Source of the DNA: a virus
Reading direction: 5' to 3' (one strand)
Length of the DNA: 64,000 nucleotides
IMG/VR virus record: IMGVR_UViG_3300042301_003932
Each line of letters opens with the position of its first letter. The stretch's first letter is position 1. The translations under genes and the position numbers were made by a program. Shown in pieces: positions 40,264 to 50,260 of this stretch. The notes beneath the pieces are model-generated. The model was given only the letters and a program-made list of their open reading frames with translations. It searched no databases and was not told where the DNA came from.

Positions 40264-41121
40264 ATGAAAGTACTAATAATACAAGAAAAAGGAAGACATG
40301 AAAAAAATTGGAAATTTAGAGAGTCTTTAAATATACAAAGATCGTTGACTAAATTAGGTTACGAAACCACTGTTTGGGGACTAGGTTACGAAACATATAA
40401 TATTCCATTTAGTGAGTTGGAAAAAAAACACGATATTATTTTTTTAATTGAAAATTACCCATACAATAATTGGGTTCCTGATTTATCTGAATCAAAAAAA
40501 TTAAAGGTATTTTGGTCTATAGACTCACATGTGGTTTTAAATGATCACATAAATTTATGTGACAAAAATAAAATTGATATTGTTCTTAATTCGGTGTATG
40601 GTCACGACAAACTTTTTACAAAACATAAAAGTTTTTATTTTCCAAACGCATATCCCGATGATTTAATATATCCGTTGGATATTGAAAAAAAATACGATGT
40701 TGGTTTTTGTGGTAACATAAATAATAGAGGTGGGTGGTTAGATCATATTTCTAAAAAATTTAATTTAAAGGTTGATAAATTTGTGATAGGACATGATATG
40801 GTGGAATCAATAAACGAATATAAAATACATTTTAACAGAAACATATCTGATGATTTAAATTATAGAACTTTTGAAACATTAGGGTGTAAAACTTTTTTAT
40901 TAACAAATGAAACGCCAGGTTTAAAGGACTTATTTGATATTGGTGATCATTTAGTAACGTATGATTCAGTATTTGATTTATTAGAAAAAATTAATTATTA
41001 TTTAAATAACGAAAAAGAAAGGGAGTTAATAACAAATAATGGTTATGATCACGTTATAAAAAATCACACTTTCTTAGAAAGAATGAAAGAATTTATAAAT
41101 ATAATTAATAAAGTTATCTAA
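40264..41121 (+). CDS. CgeB/YkvP-like GT-B glycosyltransferase
   Basis: YDVGFCG, NYRTFETLGC..FLLT, HTF..R. Confidence 0.8.
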   Translation: MKVLIIQEKGRHEKNWKFRESLNIQRSLTKLGYETTVWGLGYETYNIPFSELEKKHDIIFLIENYPYNNWVPDLSESKKLKVFWSIDSHVVLNDHINLCDKNKIDIVLNSVYGHDKLFTKHKSFYFPNAYPDDLIYPLDIEKKYDVGFCGNINNRGGWLDHISKKFNLKVDKFVIGHDMVESINEYKIHFNRNISDDLNYRTFETLGCKTFLLTNETPGLKDLFDIGDHLVTYDSVFDLLEKINYYLNNEKERELITNNGYDHVIKNHTFLERMKEFINIINKVI

Positions 41122-41736
41122 ATGTTATTAGACTTCAATCAAATATGTGATAAATATGGTTTAAACGTAAAAGGCGTAATACATATAGGAGGGCATCACG
41201 GGCAAGAAGATAAATTCTATTCCCAAAAAAATATTAAAAATGTAATTTATTTTGAACCATTAAAGAAAAATTTTGATGTGTTAAAAAACAACGTACCAAG
41301 TAATAGAATTATACACAATTTAGCGTTAGGTAATGAATGTAAATTAGTTGAAATGTATGTTGAAAATATTAATCAGGGGATGTCCTCATCAATTTTAAAA
41401 CCTAAATTACATATAGAACAATATCCACACATAGTTTTCAATGAAAAAGAAACGGTACAGATGGATAAATTAGATAATATACAATTTAATAGAGAAGACT
41501 ATAATTTAATCAATATTGACGTTCAAGGATATGAATTAGAAGTTTTTAAAGGCTCCGAAAAAACATTAAAAGAAATTGATTACATAATATCAGAAATAAA
41601 TAGAGAAATGTTATATGAAGATTGTACATTAATTACTGACTTAAAAAATTATTTACATAAATTCGGTTTTGAGTTAGTTGAGGAAAATTGGGCCGGTTCT
41701 TCTTGGGGTGATGGTCTTTTTATAAAAGTAAAATAA
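41122..41736 (+). CDS. FkbM-family methyltransferase
   Basis: IHIGGHHG, FEP, NIDVQGYELEV, WGD.LF. Confidence 0.88.
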   Translation: MLLDFNQICDKYGLNVKGVIHIGGHHGQEDKFYSQKNIKNVIYFEPLKKNFDVLKNNVPSNRIIHNLALGNECKLVEMYVENINQGMSSSILKPKLHIEQYPHIVFNEKETVQMDKLDNIQFNREDYNLINIDVQGYELEVFKGSEKTLKEIDYIISEINREMLYEDCTLITDLKNYLHKFGFELVEENWAGSSWGDGLFIKVK

Positions 41737-41742
41737 AAAAAT

Positions 41743-42291
41743 ATGCCAACATTATTAAAAAAAGATTTGGATTCTATCTTAGAAAAAACAAATGAAAGTT
41801 TAAATGATTACCCTAATTTTGTTGAGACGGGAACATTTATGGGTGAAACTATTTTACGATTTGTAGATTATTTTGAAAATCTTTTTACAATTGAGTTAAG
41901 TGAAGTTTTATATAATGAGTTTAATCGTATTGAGTATGATAGAACTAAACTTAAAAGTTTTTTGGGTGACAGCTCCGTTGTTTTACCAAATGTGATAAAT
42001 GAATTAAGAAATAATACAATATTTTTTCTAGACGGTCATTATTCTTCTGGTAGTACCGCAAGGGGAACTAAAGATGTTCCATTATATGAAGAACTTAAAA
42101 ATATTAATGATTTATATTTTTTTGGTGGTTTAATAATAATTGACGATTTAAGGTTATTTGGAACAAAACTAAATGAGGATTGGAGTTATGTTAATACAGA
42201 CTCTTTATTGTCTACTTTGGGAAATAGAATAGAAACTTTTTTTGAGGAAAACGACAGATTAATTATAAAAATAAAAAAAATCAATTTATGA
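41743..42291 (+). CDS. SAM-dependent methyltransferase-like protein
   Basis: FVETGT, TIELS, GDS, FFLDGH, IIIDD. Confidence 0.75.
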   Translation: MPTLLKKDLDSILEKTNESLNDYPNFVETGTFMGETILRFVDYFENLFTIELSEVLYNEFNRIEYDRTKLKSFLGDSSVVLPNVINELRNNTIFFLDGHYSSGSTARGTKDVPLYEELKNINDLYFFGGLIIIDDLRLFGTKLNEDWSYVNTDSLLSTLGNRIETFFEENDRLIIKIKKINL

Positions 42292-42917
42292 AAGATTATT
42301 CACAACACGGAGAAAGCATAATATTAAAAGAAATTATAGAAAAAATAGGGGAAGAAAATAAATTTTGTGTTGAGTTTGGTGCCTCTGATGGTTATTGGTT
42401 ATCTAATGTTAGAATGTTTTTAGATGATGGGTGGAGTGGTTTACAAATGGATGGGGGATCAAAGGCCGGAGTAAATGGAGTATATAAAGAATTCATTACT
42501 AAAGATAATATAAACACTTTATTTGATAAATACTCTGTCCCAAACACTTTTGATATTTTAAGTATTGATATTGATGGTAATGATTATTGGGTATGGAATG
42601 AAATAAATAGAGACCCTAATATTGTAATAATTGAATACAATTCAAATTTTGATATTGATACTTCGGTTTCTTTATCATACGATGAATCTCATTCTTTTGA
42701 TGGAACATATGCGTATAGCGCATCCTTTAAGGCTCTTTGCTCGTTAGCAGAAAAAAAAGGTTATTATCTTTATTGTGAAGTTGCATATTGTAATTTAATT
42801 TTTGTAAATAAAAAGTTTATAGATAAAGCACCATCTATTTTTGATAAAAAGTTAATTAATCTACCAAAACATCAACACGAAATAAAATTGAAAAATAAAA
42901 AATTTGTAATAGTTTAA
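42288..42917 (+). CDS. FkbM-like methyltransferase
   Basis: YSQHGE, VEFGASDG, LSIDIDGNDYWVW. Confidence 0.75.
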   Translation: MKDYSQHGESIILKEIIEKIGEENKFCVEFGASDGYWLSNVRMFLDDGWSGLQMDGGSKAGVNGVYKEFITKDNINTLFDKYSVPNTFDILSIDIDGNDYWVWNEINRDPNIVIIEYNSNFDIDTSVSLSYDESHSFDGTYAYSASFKALCSLAEKKGYYLYCEVAYCNLIFVNKKFIDKAPSIFDKKLINLPKHQHEIKLKNKKFVIV

Positions 42918-42918
42918 T

Positions 42919-43695
42919 ATGGTAGTTGTTAAATTACAAGGTGGATTAGGTAACCAACTTTTTCAATGGGCACTTGCCAAATCATTGTCAATAAAATTTA
43001 ATGTTGAAACATATATTGATATTATCGGGTACGATAATCAAGTTAACATTACCAAAAGAGGATTTTCTTTAAATAAGTTACCCAACATAAGTTATAATTT
43101 ATTTAATAATACAAATAATGGGTTCACAACTATTTATGATGATTTTATTTTTAAAGAATTTAATATAGAAAAAGATAATAATTATTTTTTTGATGGATAT
43201 TGGCAAAGTGAAAAATACTTTATTAAGTATTCTAATATTATTAAAAATGAACTTTCACCAAATCAAAATATAAAAAAAGATTTACACAAAATAATACCTG
43301 AAAAAAATAATTCAGTTTCTTTACATGTCAGAAGAACCGATTATGTAACATCAAACGGATACCACCCACTACAAGATATAAATTATTATAACTCAGCAAT
43401 AGAACATATCGGTGAATACGATAATTTATATATTTTTTCAGATGATATTGTATGGTGTAAAGAAAATTTACATTATAAAAATATGACCTTTGTTGAAGGT
43501 AATGATAGTATTACAGATATTTGGTTACAATCTATTTGCAAAAATAATATAATCGCAAATTCGTCTTTTAGTTGGTGGGGTTCTTGGCTAAATAATAATG
43601 TAGATAAAAAAGTAATATCCCCACTAAAATGGTTTGGTGATCACGTCGCATTAAACACATCAGATATTATACCTAAAAATTATATAAAAATTTAA
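42919..43695 (+). CDS. GT11 alpha-1,2-fucosyltransferase
   Basis: GGLGNQLFQ, GYWQSEKYF, HVRRTDY, FSDD, NSSFSWW. Confidence 0.92.
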   Translation: MVVVKLQGGLGNQLFQWALAKSLSIKFNVETYIDIIGYDNQVNITKRGFSLNKLPNISYNLFNNTNNGFTTIYDDFIFKEFNIEKDNNYFFDGYWQSEKYFIKYSNIIKNELSPNQNIKKDLHKIIPEKNNSVSLHVRRTDYVTSNGYHPLQDINYYNSAIEHIGEYDNLYIFSDDIVWCKENLHYKNMTFVEGNDSITDIWLQSICKNNIIANSSFSWWGSWLNNNVDKKVISPLKWFGDHVALNTSDIIPKNYIKI

Positions 43696-43699
43696 TATT

Positions 43700-44680
43700 A
43701 TGAAAAAAAAGTCACTAATAACTGGAATTAACGGACAAGATGGTTCTTATTTAGCCGAATTTTTAGTTGACAAAGGGTATGAAGTTTGGGGTACAGTAAA
43801 AAGAAATTCAGTGTCTGAAACACAATCATCCAGAATAAACCATTTAAGAGACGAAAATAAAATAAATTTAGAATACGCCGATTTAACAGATATGGCATCT
43901 TTAATACGTGTTTTACAAAAAGTACAACCTGATGAGGTATATAATTTAGCGGCACAATCTCACGTTAGAATTTCTTTTGATCAACCAATATATACAGCAA
44001 ATGCAACTGGTTTAGGTACCTTAAATTTATTAGAAGCAGTAAGAATGGTGTCCCCACACTCTAAAATTTATCAAGCGTCTTCTTCAGAAATGTTTGGTAA
44101 TTCAATTGACGAAGATGGATACCAAAGAGAAACTACACCAATGAATCCCGTATCTCCTTATGGATGTGCGAAAGTTTTTTCATACAATATTTGTAGAAAT
44201 TATAGAAACTCATATGGAATGAAAATATGGAATGGTATTCTATTTAACCATGAATCACCAAGACGAGGTACTAACTTTGTAACCAATAAAGTTGTAAAGG
44301 CAGCAGTAAGAATTAGTTTAGGTTTACAGGATAAATTACATATTGGTAATTTATCAGCAACTAGGGATTGGGGTCATGCCAAGGATTACGTTGAAGCAAT
44401 GTGGTTGATGCTACAATCAGATAAACCTGACGACTATGTTTGCTCAACGGGGGTGTCACATTCAGTTAAAGATTTGTGTGAATATACCTTTAGTTCATTA
44501 GGTTTAAATTATTTAGATTATATTGTTGTTGATGAAAAACATTTTAGACCTGAAGAATTAGAAAATTTAAAGGGAGATTCTTCAAAAATAAGAAAAGAAT
44601 TATTATGGCAACCTTCTTATACTTTTGAAACGATGATAGATGAAATGATAGAACATTGGTTAAATTATTATGGAAAATAA
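43700..44680 (+). CDS. gmd: GDP-mannose 4,6-dehydratase
   Basis: ITGINGQDGSYLAE, NLAAQSHV, QASSSE, SPYGCAK, FNHESPRRG, RDWGHA. Confidence 0.96.
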   Translation: MKKKSLITGINGQDGSYLAEFLVDKGYEVWGTVKRNSVSETQSSRINHLRDENKINLEYADLTDMASLIRVLQKVQPDEVYNLAAQSHVRISFDQPIYTANATGLGTLNLLEAVRMVSPHSKIYQASSSEMFGNSIDEDGYQRETTPMNPVSPYGCAKVFSYNICRNYRNSYGMKIWNGILFNHESPRRGTNFVTNKVVKAAVRISLGLQDKLHIGNLSATRDWGHAKDYVEAMWLMLQSDKPDDYVCSTGVSHSVKDLCEYTFSSLGLNYLDYIVVDEKHFRPEELENLKGDSSKIRKELLWQPSYTFETMIDEMIEHWLNYYGK

Positions 44681-45584
44681 AATATTGGTAACCGGTGGTT
44701 ACGGTTTAGTAGGAACTGAATTCGCACAAAAAAAATACGTCAAGCCGACATCAATTGATGTTGATTTTAGAAACGCAAGTCAAGTTAATGATTTTTTTAG
44801 TAATAATAATTTTGATGGAGTTATTCATTGTGCGGCTAAAGTTGGTGGGGTTGGTAGTAATATGAATTTTAAGGGAGAGTTTTTTTACGATAACATAATG
44901 ATGAACACAAATATCATTGAATCAGCCAGGCGTTTTGGTGTTAAAAAATTAGTTGCGTTTTTATCCACTTGTGTTTTCCCAAATCATGTAAATTATCCAT
45001 TAACAGAATCAAAAATACATTTGGGACCTCCTCATTTTTCAAATGATGCATATGCGTATGCTAAAAGGATGGTTGACGTACAAATAAGGTCCTATAGAGA
45101 ACAATATGGACTTAATTATACGTCAGTAATACCTACAAACATTTATGGTCCTAACGACAATTACAACATAGAAAATGGTCATGTAATACCATCATTAATT
45201 CACAAGTGTTATTTGGCAAGAGAAAATAAAACAGATTTTACAATATGGGGTACCGGCACACCATTAAGAGAGTTTATTTTTAGTAAAGATGTTGCAAAAT
45301 TAACAGAATGGGTTTTAGAAAACTATGAAGAAAATGAACCAATAATACTTTCAACATCTGACGAGATCTCAATAAAAGAAATTGTTGATGTAATAACTGA
45401 ATTAATGAATTATAAGGGTAATGTAGTTTGGGATAATACTAAACCTGATGGTCAATATAGGAAACCTAGTGATAACTCAAAAATAAAAAAATATTTACCT
45501 GATTTTAAATTTACCCCTCTTTATGACGGAATAAAAGAAACTATTGAATATTTTGAAAACAATTATAATATTATAAGAAAATAA
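44670..45584 (+). CDS. fcl: GDP-L-fucose synthase
   Basis: AAKVGG, STCVFP, YAYAK, PTNIYGP.DN, HVIP, WGTG.P.REF, KPDG. Confidence 0.95.
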   Translation: MENKILVTGGYGLVGTEFAQKKYVKPTSIDVDFRNASQVNDFFSNNNFDGVIHCAAKVGGVGSNMNFKGEFFYDNIMMNTNIIESARRFGVKKLVAFLSTCVFPNHVNYPLTESKIHLGPPHFSNDAYAYAKRMVDVQIRSYREQYGLNYTSVIPTNIYGPNDNYNIENGHVIPSLIHKCYLARENKTDFTIWGTGTPLREFIFSKDVAKLTEWVLENYEENEPIILSTSDEISIKEIVDVITELMNYKGNVVWDNTKPDGQYRKPSDNSKIKKYLPDFKFTPLYDGIKETIEYFENNYNIIRK

Positions 45585-45585
45585 T

Positions 45586-46320
45586 ATGACAAGAAAAAAA
45601 CCACAACCCCAAACTGAAGATCACGAATCAAAACCCTTCTCAAAAAAAGACTTTATAAATTCAATAGTAAAGAAAAAACAAAAAAATAAGTTTTTAACTG
45701 AAAGTCAAGAACATTATTATAACCTCCTAAGAAACAACCAAATCACAATTTGTTCGGGACCTGCGGGTGTTGGTAAATCGTACATCGCAATGAAAGCGGC
45801 GGTTGATTTATTAATGGACCCATCAAACGCATATGAAAAATTGGTTATTGTTAGACCGGCAGTAGAAGCAGAAGAAAAATTAGGATCACTCCCTGGTAAC
45901 TTAGAAGAAAAATTAGACCCTTACATTTTCCCATCTTATTACTTATTAAATAAAATTATCGGTAAAGAGGCAAGAGAAAAATTAAAAGATGCTGAAATTA
46001 TTGAAGTATTCGCTTTAGCATACATGAGAGGTATGAATATAGATAATACAATTTTAATATTTGAAGAAGCACAAAACTCAAGTCCAAATCAAATGAAATT
46101 ACTATTGACAAGGATAGGGTTTAATAGTAAATTCTTTATATCAGGAGATATTGAACAAACTGACCGTTATAGAGACAAAAAACAATCAGGCCTGTATGAC
46201 GCAATTAAAAAGTTTAATGATGTTCACGATATTGGTGTTTTTGAATTTGGTGATGGGGATGTTGTTAGAAACCCTCTTATAAGTAAGTTATTAAAAAAAT
46301 ATGAAGAGAATAGGGATTGA
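45586..46320 (+). CDS. phoH: PhoH-family ATPase
   Basis: GPAGVGKS, RPAVEA, LPG, AYMRG, EEAQN, SGD..Q.D, VVRNP. Confidence 0.93.
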   Translation: MTRKKPQPQTEDHESKPFSKKDFINSIVKKKQKNKFLTESQEHYYNLLRNNQITICSGPAGVGKSYIAMKAAVDLLMDPSNAYEKLVIVRPAVEAEEKLGSLPGNLEEKLDPYIFPSYYLLNKIIGKEAREKLKDAEIIEVFALAYMRGMNIDNTILIFEEAQNSSPNQMKLLLTRIGFNSKFFISGDIEQTDRYRDKKQSGLYDAIKKFNDVHDIGVFEFGDGDVVRNPLISKLLKKYEENRD

Positions 46321-46945
46321 AATTAACGGAGTGTTAAGAGACACTATAGGTAAATTTACACAGTTATATGAAAAACATATGATTGAAGAAAAAGAAGAGG
46401 GATCAAAAACCTATGAAATTGATTTGTCGGGTAATACTGAAGAGTTAGTTTCAAAAGAAGAGTTTGAATATAAAATTTTAAGTGATGTCACATCATTAAA
46501 TTTAATGGATCATTTTAGATTTAATGACGAAAACGATTTGTATTCTTTCATGTATGAAGATTTTGCAATGCAGATATTTGGACATGCGGGTTCTACTGAA
46601 ACATTCACATTTAATGACTTGAATGAAATTTATTTAAAATTTAGAGATAAAAATGAATTGTTAATTGTTTCCGACGAAATGGGAAAATCAAAACCGGCCT
46701 CCCTATTTTTCCTTTCTAAGTTTGGATGTCAATTAGAAAAAATAAAATTTTACTCAAATGTTACAATAAATTCAATGTGGGATGAAATTGACATTTTACT
46801 TACATCCAATCCTAACTTAATATTAAATAAACCAAAAGATAAAATCGTAGTTAAATATAACACGAACTATAATAAAAATGTCAATTGTGAATATGAAATA
46901 GTTTCATTGAAAGAATTTGACGAAGTTTTAAAAAAAATAATATAA
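46301..46945 (+). CDS. 5'(3')-nucleotidase-like HAD-fold protein with degenerate motif I
   Basis: RIGIEINGVLRD in place of the canonical DxDGVL; C-terminal YN motif. Confidence 0.55.
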   Translation: MKRIGIEINGVLRDTIGKFTQLYEKHMIEEKEEGSKTYEIDLSGNTEELVSKEEFEYKILSDVTSLNLMDHFRFNDENDLYSFMYEDFAMQIFGHAGSTETFTFNDLNEIYLKFRDKNELLIVSDEMGKSKPASLFFLSKFGCQLEKIKFYSNVTINSMWDEIDILLTSNPNLILNKPKDKIVVKYNTNYNKNVNCEYEIVSLKEFDEVLKKII

Positions 46946-47235
46946 TGTTAGAATTTTTAGGAGAAAATTATTATTTGGACATAAATGAATTAGAGAAACA
47001 AGTTAGTTACGAAAATTCAATGTTGCCATTAACAACATCGGCAGTAACAGAAAACCCCGAACAACAAATAAGTGTGACTAGATATGAAACATTTAAAAGT
47101 TTAATTGAGGTTATACTTACTGAACGTGAAGAATTAGATGAGGATTTGGGTATACATGGTGCAAAAAATTTGACTATACCATTTAAAATATCATTCAATA
47201 CACTATTAATAAACAAAATACTAAAAAAACTTTAA
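46945..47235 (+). CDS. Hypothetical protein
   Basis: Coupled ORF within the operon. Confidence 0.6.
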   Translation: MLEFLGENYYLDINELEKQVSYENSMLPLTTSAVTENPEQQISVTRYETFKSLIEVILTEREELDEDLGIHGAKNLTIPFKISFNTLLINKILKKL

Positions 47236-47236
47236 A

Positions 47237-48304
47237 ATGGAATTAGAAAAAATTGAAAAAATTGAAAAGTCTGTTGAAAATCTAAAAAATAAAAATGTAA
47301 GAATTTATTTTTTAGTACAAGACACTAAAGGTAACCCTAAAGCATCTGTAAAATACATTTACGATACTGCCTTAATTTTAAAAAACAATGGGTATAACAG
47401 CATCATTATTCATGAGTCTAACGATTATAAGGGTGTTAGCGAATGGTTAGATGATAGATACAAAGAAATACCACACCAGTCAATTGAGGGTCAGAATTTA
47501 GCAATTTCTCCTGAAGATTTTATTGTTATTCCTGAAATTTATGGTCATGTAATGGATCAATTAAAAAATTTCCCTTGTGGTAAAATCGTCCTTTGTCAGT
47601 CATATGATTATATGTTAGAAACATTATCACCTGGTATTTCATGGGCACAATATGGGTTTTTAAAAGTTATAACAACTTCTGAAAAACAAAAAAAATATTT
47701 ATCTGAAATTATGAGAGGATGTAGTTTTGATATTATAACTCCAAAAATATCCTCAGTTTTCACAAAAAAAGAAAAACCATCAAAACCATTAATTTCAATC
47801 CACACTAGAGAACCAAGAGACACGGCAAAGATTATTAAAACGTTTTATCTTAAATACCCACAATATAGATGGATTACTTTTAGAGATATGAGAGGTATTA
47901 AATTGGAAGATTTTTCAAAATTTTTACAAGAATCATTTGTTTCTGTTTGGGTAGATTTAGAATCTGGATTTGGTACATTTCCTTTGGAATCAATGGCTTG
48001 TGGAACACCAGTTATTGGTAAAGTACCTTCATTAAAACCTGAATGGATGGACGAAAATAATGGAGTATGGACTTACGAATTCAATGAGATTGTTGATATA
48101 ATTGCAAACTTTACTCAAAATTGGTTGGAAGATAATATTTCTGAATCATTATATGATAACATGAAAACAACATCTGACATATATTCAACCGACAGTTCGT
48201 ATGAAAATGACGTTTTATCAACATTTGATGGATATATTGAAAAAAGAAAATTGTCTTTAGAAGAACAATTAGAAAAAATAAAAGAAACAACAACACAAAA
48301 TTAA
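47237..48304 (+). CDS. GT-B (GT4-like) glycosyltransferase
   Basis: DFIVIPE, GFGTFPLESMACGTPVIG. Confidence 0.8.
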   Translation: MELEKIEKIEKSVENLKNKNVRIYFLVQDTKGNPKASVKYIYDTALILKNNGYNSIIIHESNDYKGVSEWLDDRYKEIPHQSIEGQNLAISPEDFIVIPEIYGHVMDQLKNFPCGKIVLCQSYDYMLETLSPGISWAQYGFLKVITTSEKQKKYLSEIMRGCSFDIITPKISSVFTKKEKPSKPLISIHTREPRDTAKIIKTFYLKYPQYRWITFRDMRGIKLEDFSKFLQESFVSVWVDLESGFGTFPLESMACGTPVIGKVPSLKPEWMDENNGVWTYEFNEIVDIIANFTQNWLEDNISESLYDNMKTTSDIYSTDSSYENDVLSTFDGYIEKRKLSLEEQLEKIKETTTQN

Positions 48305-48308
48305 AATT

Positions 48309-49121
48309 ATGGAAGAAAAAAATATATTTGATGTTTCAGTGGTATTACCTTTGGACTCAGCAAAACACTTAGACTTTGATGAACTTTTTGGAAGAGCGAT
48401 TAAATCTCTACATAATCAAACAACATCAATTAATGAATTAGTGATTGTTCACACTAATGAAGAATCTTTAAAAATAAAATTAAACTCTTTTGATTTTAGT
48501 GGGTTAACCGTAAATATGGTTGAAAATACAGGATCTAAAGATTTTGCAACACAAGTTAACTTGGGGGTTAAAAATTCTAAAAGTAATTGGGTTTCAATAT
48601 TAGAATTTGATGACGAATACTCTTCTATATGGTTTAAAAATGTTGATAGATTTTCTAAATCATATGATGATGTTGATGCATTTTTACCTTTAGTTGTGGA
48701 TACTGATGATAAAGGGGTGTTTGCTGGATTTACAAATGAAGCATCTTTTGCTGTTAGTTTAAATAGTGAAATTGGTATTCTAACTAATGAGGTTCTTTTA
48801 AATTATCAAAATTTTCAATCAAGTGGTATGGTAATTAAAAAATCAGTTTTTGAAAATAACGGGGGTTTTAAACCATCATTTAAACTTACTTTTGTATATG
48901 AGTACCTTTTGAGATTAACATATAACTCAGTTAAATTAATGACTATACCTAGAATAGGGTACAAACACACCAATTTACGACAAGGATCTATTTTTTGGAA
49001 TTATAAATTTGGTGAAGAAAAAATTTCAGATAATGAGGTTACTTTTTGGTTGGAATCAGCAAAAAAAGAACATTTTTTTACGGCTGACAGAGAAATAAAA
49101 TACGAGCCTCAAAATGTTTAA
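48309..49121 (+). CDS. GT2-like glycosyltransferase
   Basis: VSVVLP, QVNLGV, ILEFDD, GGFK. Confidence 0.75.
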   Translation: MEEKNIFDVSVVLPLDSAKHLDFDELFGRAIKSLHNQTTSINELVIVHTNEESLKIKLNSFDFSGLTVNMVENTGSKDFATQVNLGVKNSKSNWVSILEFDDEYSSIWFKNVDRFSKSYDDVDAFLPLVVDTDDKGVFAGFTNEASFAVSLNSEIGILTNEVLLNYQNFQSSGMVIKKSVFENNGGFKPSFKLTFVYEYLLRLTYNSVKLMTIPRIGYKHTNLRQGSIFWNYKFGEEKISDNEVTFWLESAKKEHFFTADREIKYEPQNV

Positions 49122-49864
49122 TGGATTTATCAAATGAAGAAAAAAGCGAATTAAAGAATAAGACGAGTAAAAAAGTAAAAACTAACAATTATTTTGATAC
49201 CCGTGAAGAAGAGGCTGTTAGGTTATTTATCACCTCTGAGTCTAAAGAAGAAAAAGAGGACATATATAATAATTTCCTAAAAGAACCCTTAGATAAGATG
49301 ATTGAGTCTATCATAAGGAGATACAAACTATATAGAAAAGATATGAATTATGAAGACGTTCATAATGATACTCATTCTTTTTTGATGACCAAAGTAGACA
49401 AATTCAAACCAGATAAGAATAAAAAGGCTTATTCTTATTTTGGTACGATTTGTAAAAATTATTTGATGGGTCAAATTCAAAAAGAACAAAAAGATTTTAA
49501 TAGAAAAATTTCATATGAGGATATTTCATCCACATTAGAAAATAGGCCTGATATGGTTTACTACATGGAATTTGAAAGTATAGACGCTCAAAAAATTATT
49601 GAGGTTTTTAAACAAGATTTAAAAAAATATGTCTCAGAAAGTAATTTAAATGACAATGAATCAAAATTAGGTTACGCACTAATAGAATTATTTGAGAACT
49701 ATGGGAATATTTTTATTGGTAACGATAATAATAAATTTAATAAGAATATAGTTTTACTGTCATTAAGAGAAATGACAAACATGAATACTAAAGAAATAAG
49801 AATTTATTTAAAAAAATATAAAAATCTTTACGTTGAGACTACGAAGAGAATGTTTAGTGAATAA
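49121..49864 (+). CDS. Sigma70-family late sigma factor (T4 gp55-like)
   Basis: NYF N terminus and KFKPDKNKKAYSYFGTICKNYL, matching the gp55/sigma region 2 pattern. Confidence 0.75.
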   Translation: MDLSNEEKSELKNKTSKKVKTNNYFDTREEEAVRLFITSESKEEKEDIYNNFLKEPLDKMIESIIRRYKLYRKDMNYEDVHNDTHSFLMTKVDKFKPDKNKKAYSYFGTICKNYLMGQIQKEQKDFNRKISYEDISSTLENRPDMVYYMEFESIDAQKIIEVFKQDLKKYVSESNLNDNESKLGYALIELFENYGNIFIGNDNNKFNKNIVLLSLREMTNMNTKEIRIYLKKYKNLYVETTKRMFSE

Positions 49865-49888
49865 TTCGGATAGTGATATTTATATATT

Positions 49889-50257
49889 ATGAACAGGAAC
49901 AGAAAAAAAGAAATATCTCTCAATAAAGACTCGGTTTTGGGTTTGATGCAAGAAATATATAATGAACTTGTAGAGCAAAGAGCCACCGCCATTAGAATTC
50001 AAAATAAAATGTTATCTATGTTAAAAGACGCAGAAGACATGACATTAATTGGTCCAATTATAAAAGAACAACAAAAAATTATTAATGATACCATAGAAAA
50101 AAAACTATCATTATCTAAATTACAATCCACAATATGGGAAAAAACTAATAACACTAAAGAGAGTGACTTTAGTTTATCTGATGTTGATGATGATTTACTA
50201 CAATCATTAATTAAAAAAGACGTAGACAATAGTAATAACCAACCTTACAAATTATAG
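49889..50257 (+). CDS. Coiled-coil protein
   Basis: Helical-hairpin pattern. TATTTAT at 49877-49883. Confidence 0.6.
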   Translation: MNRNRKKEISLNKDSVLGLMQEIYNELVEQRATAIRIQNKMLSMLKDAEDMTLIGPIIKEQQKIINDTIEKKLSLSKLQSTIWEKTNNTKESDFSLSDVDDDLLQSLIKKDVDNSNNQPYKL

Positions 50258-50260
50258 TTT

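Noticed and set aside
30980-49121. Bacterial LPS/capsule locus, implying host chromosome or a prophage boundary
   Set aside because: The island is interleaved and coupled with phage-type exonuclease, dUTPase, PhoH and gp55-like genes, and is flanked by virion genes. No integrase or housekeeping genes.
49889-50257. Small terminase subunit
   Set aside because: Only the size and helical pattern fit. There is no adjacent large terminase or diagnostic motif, so it is left as hypothetical.
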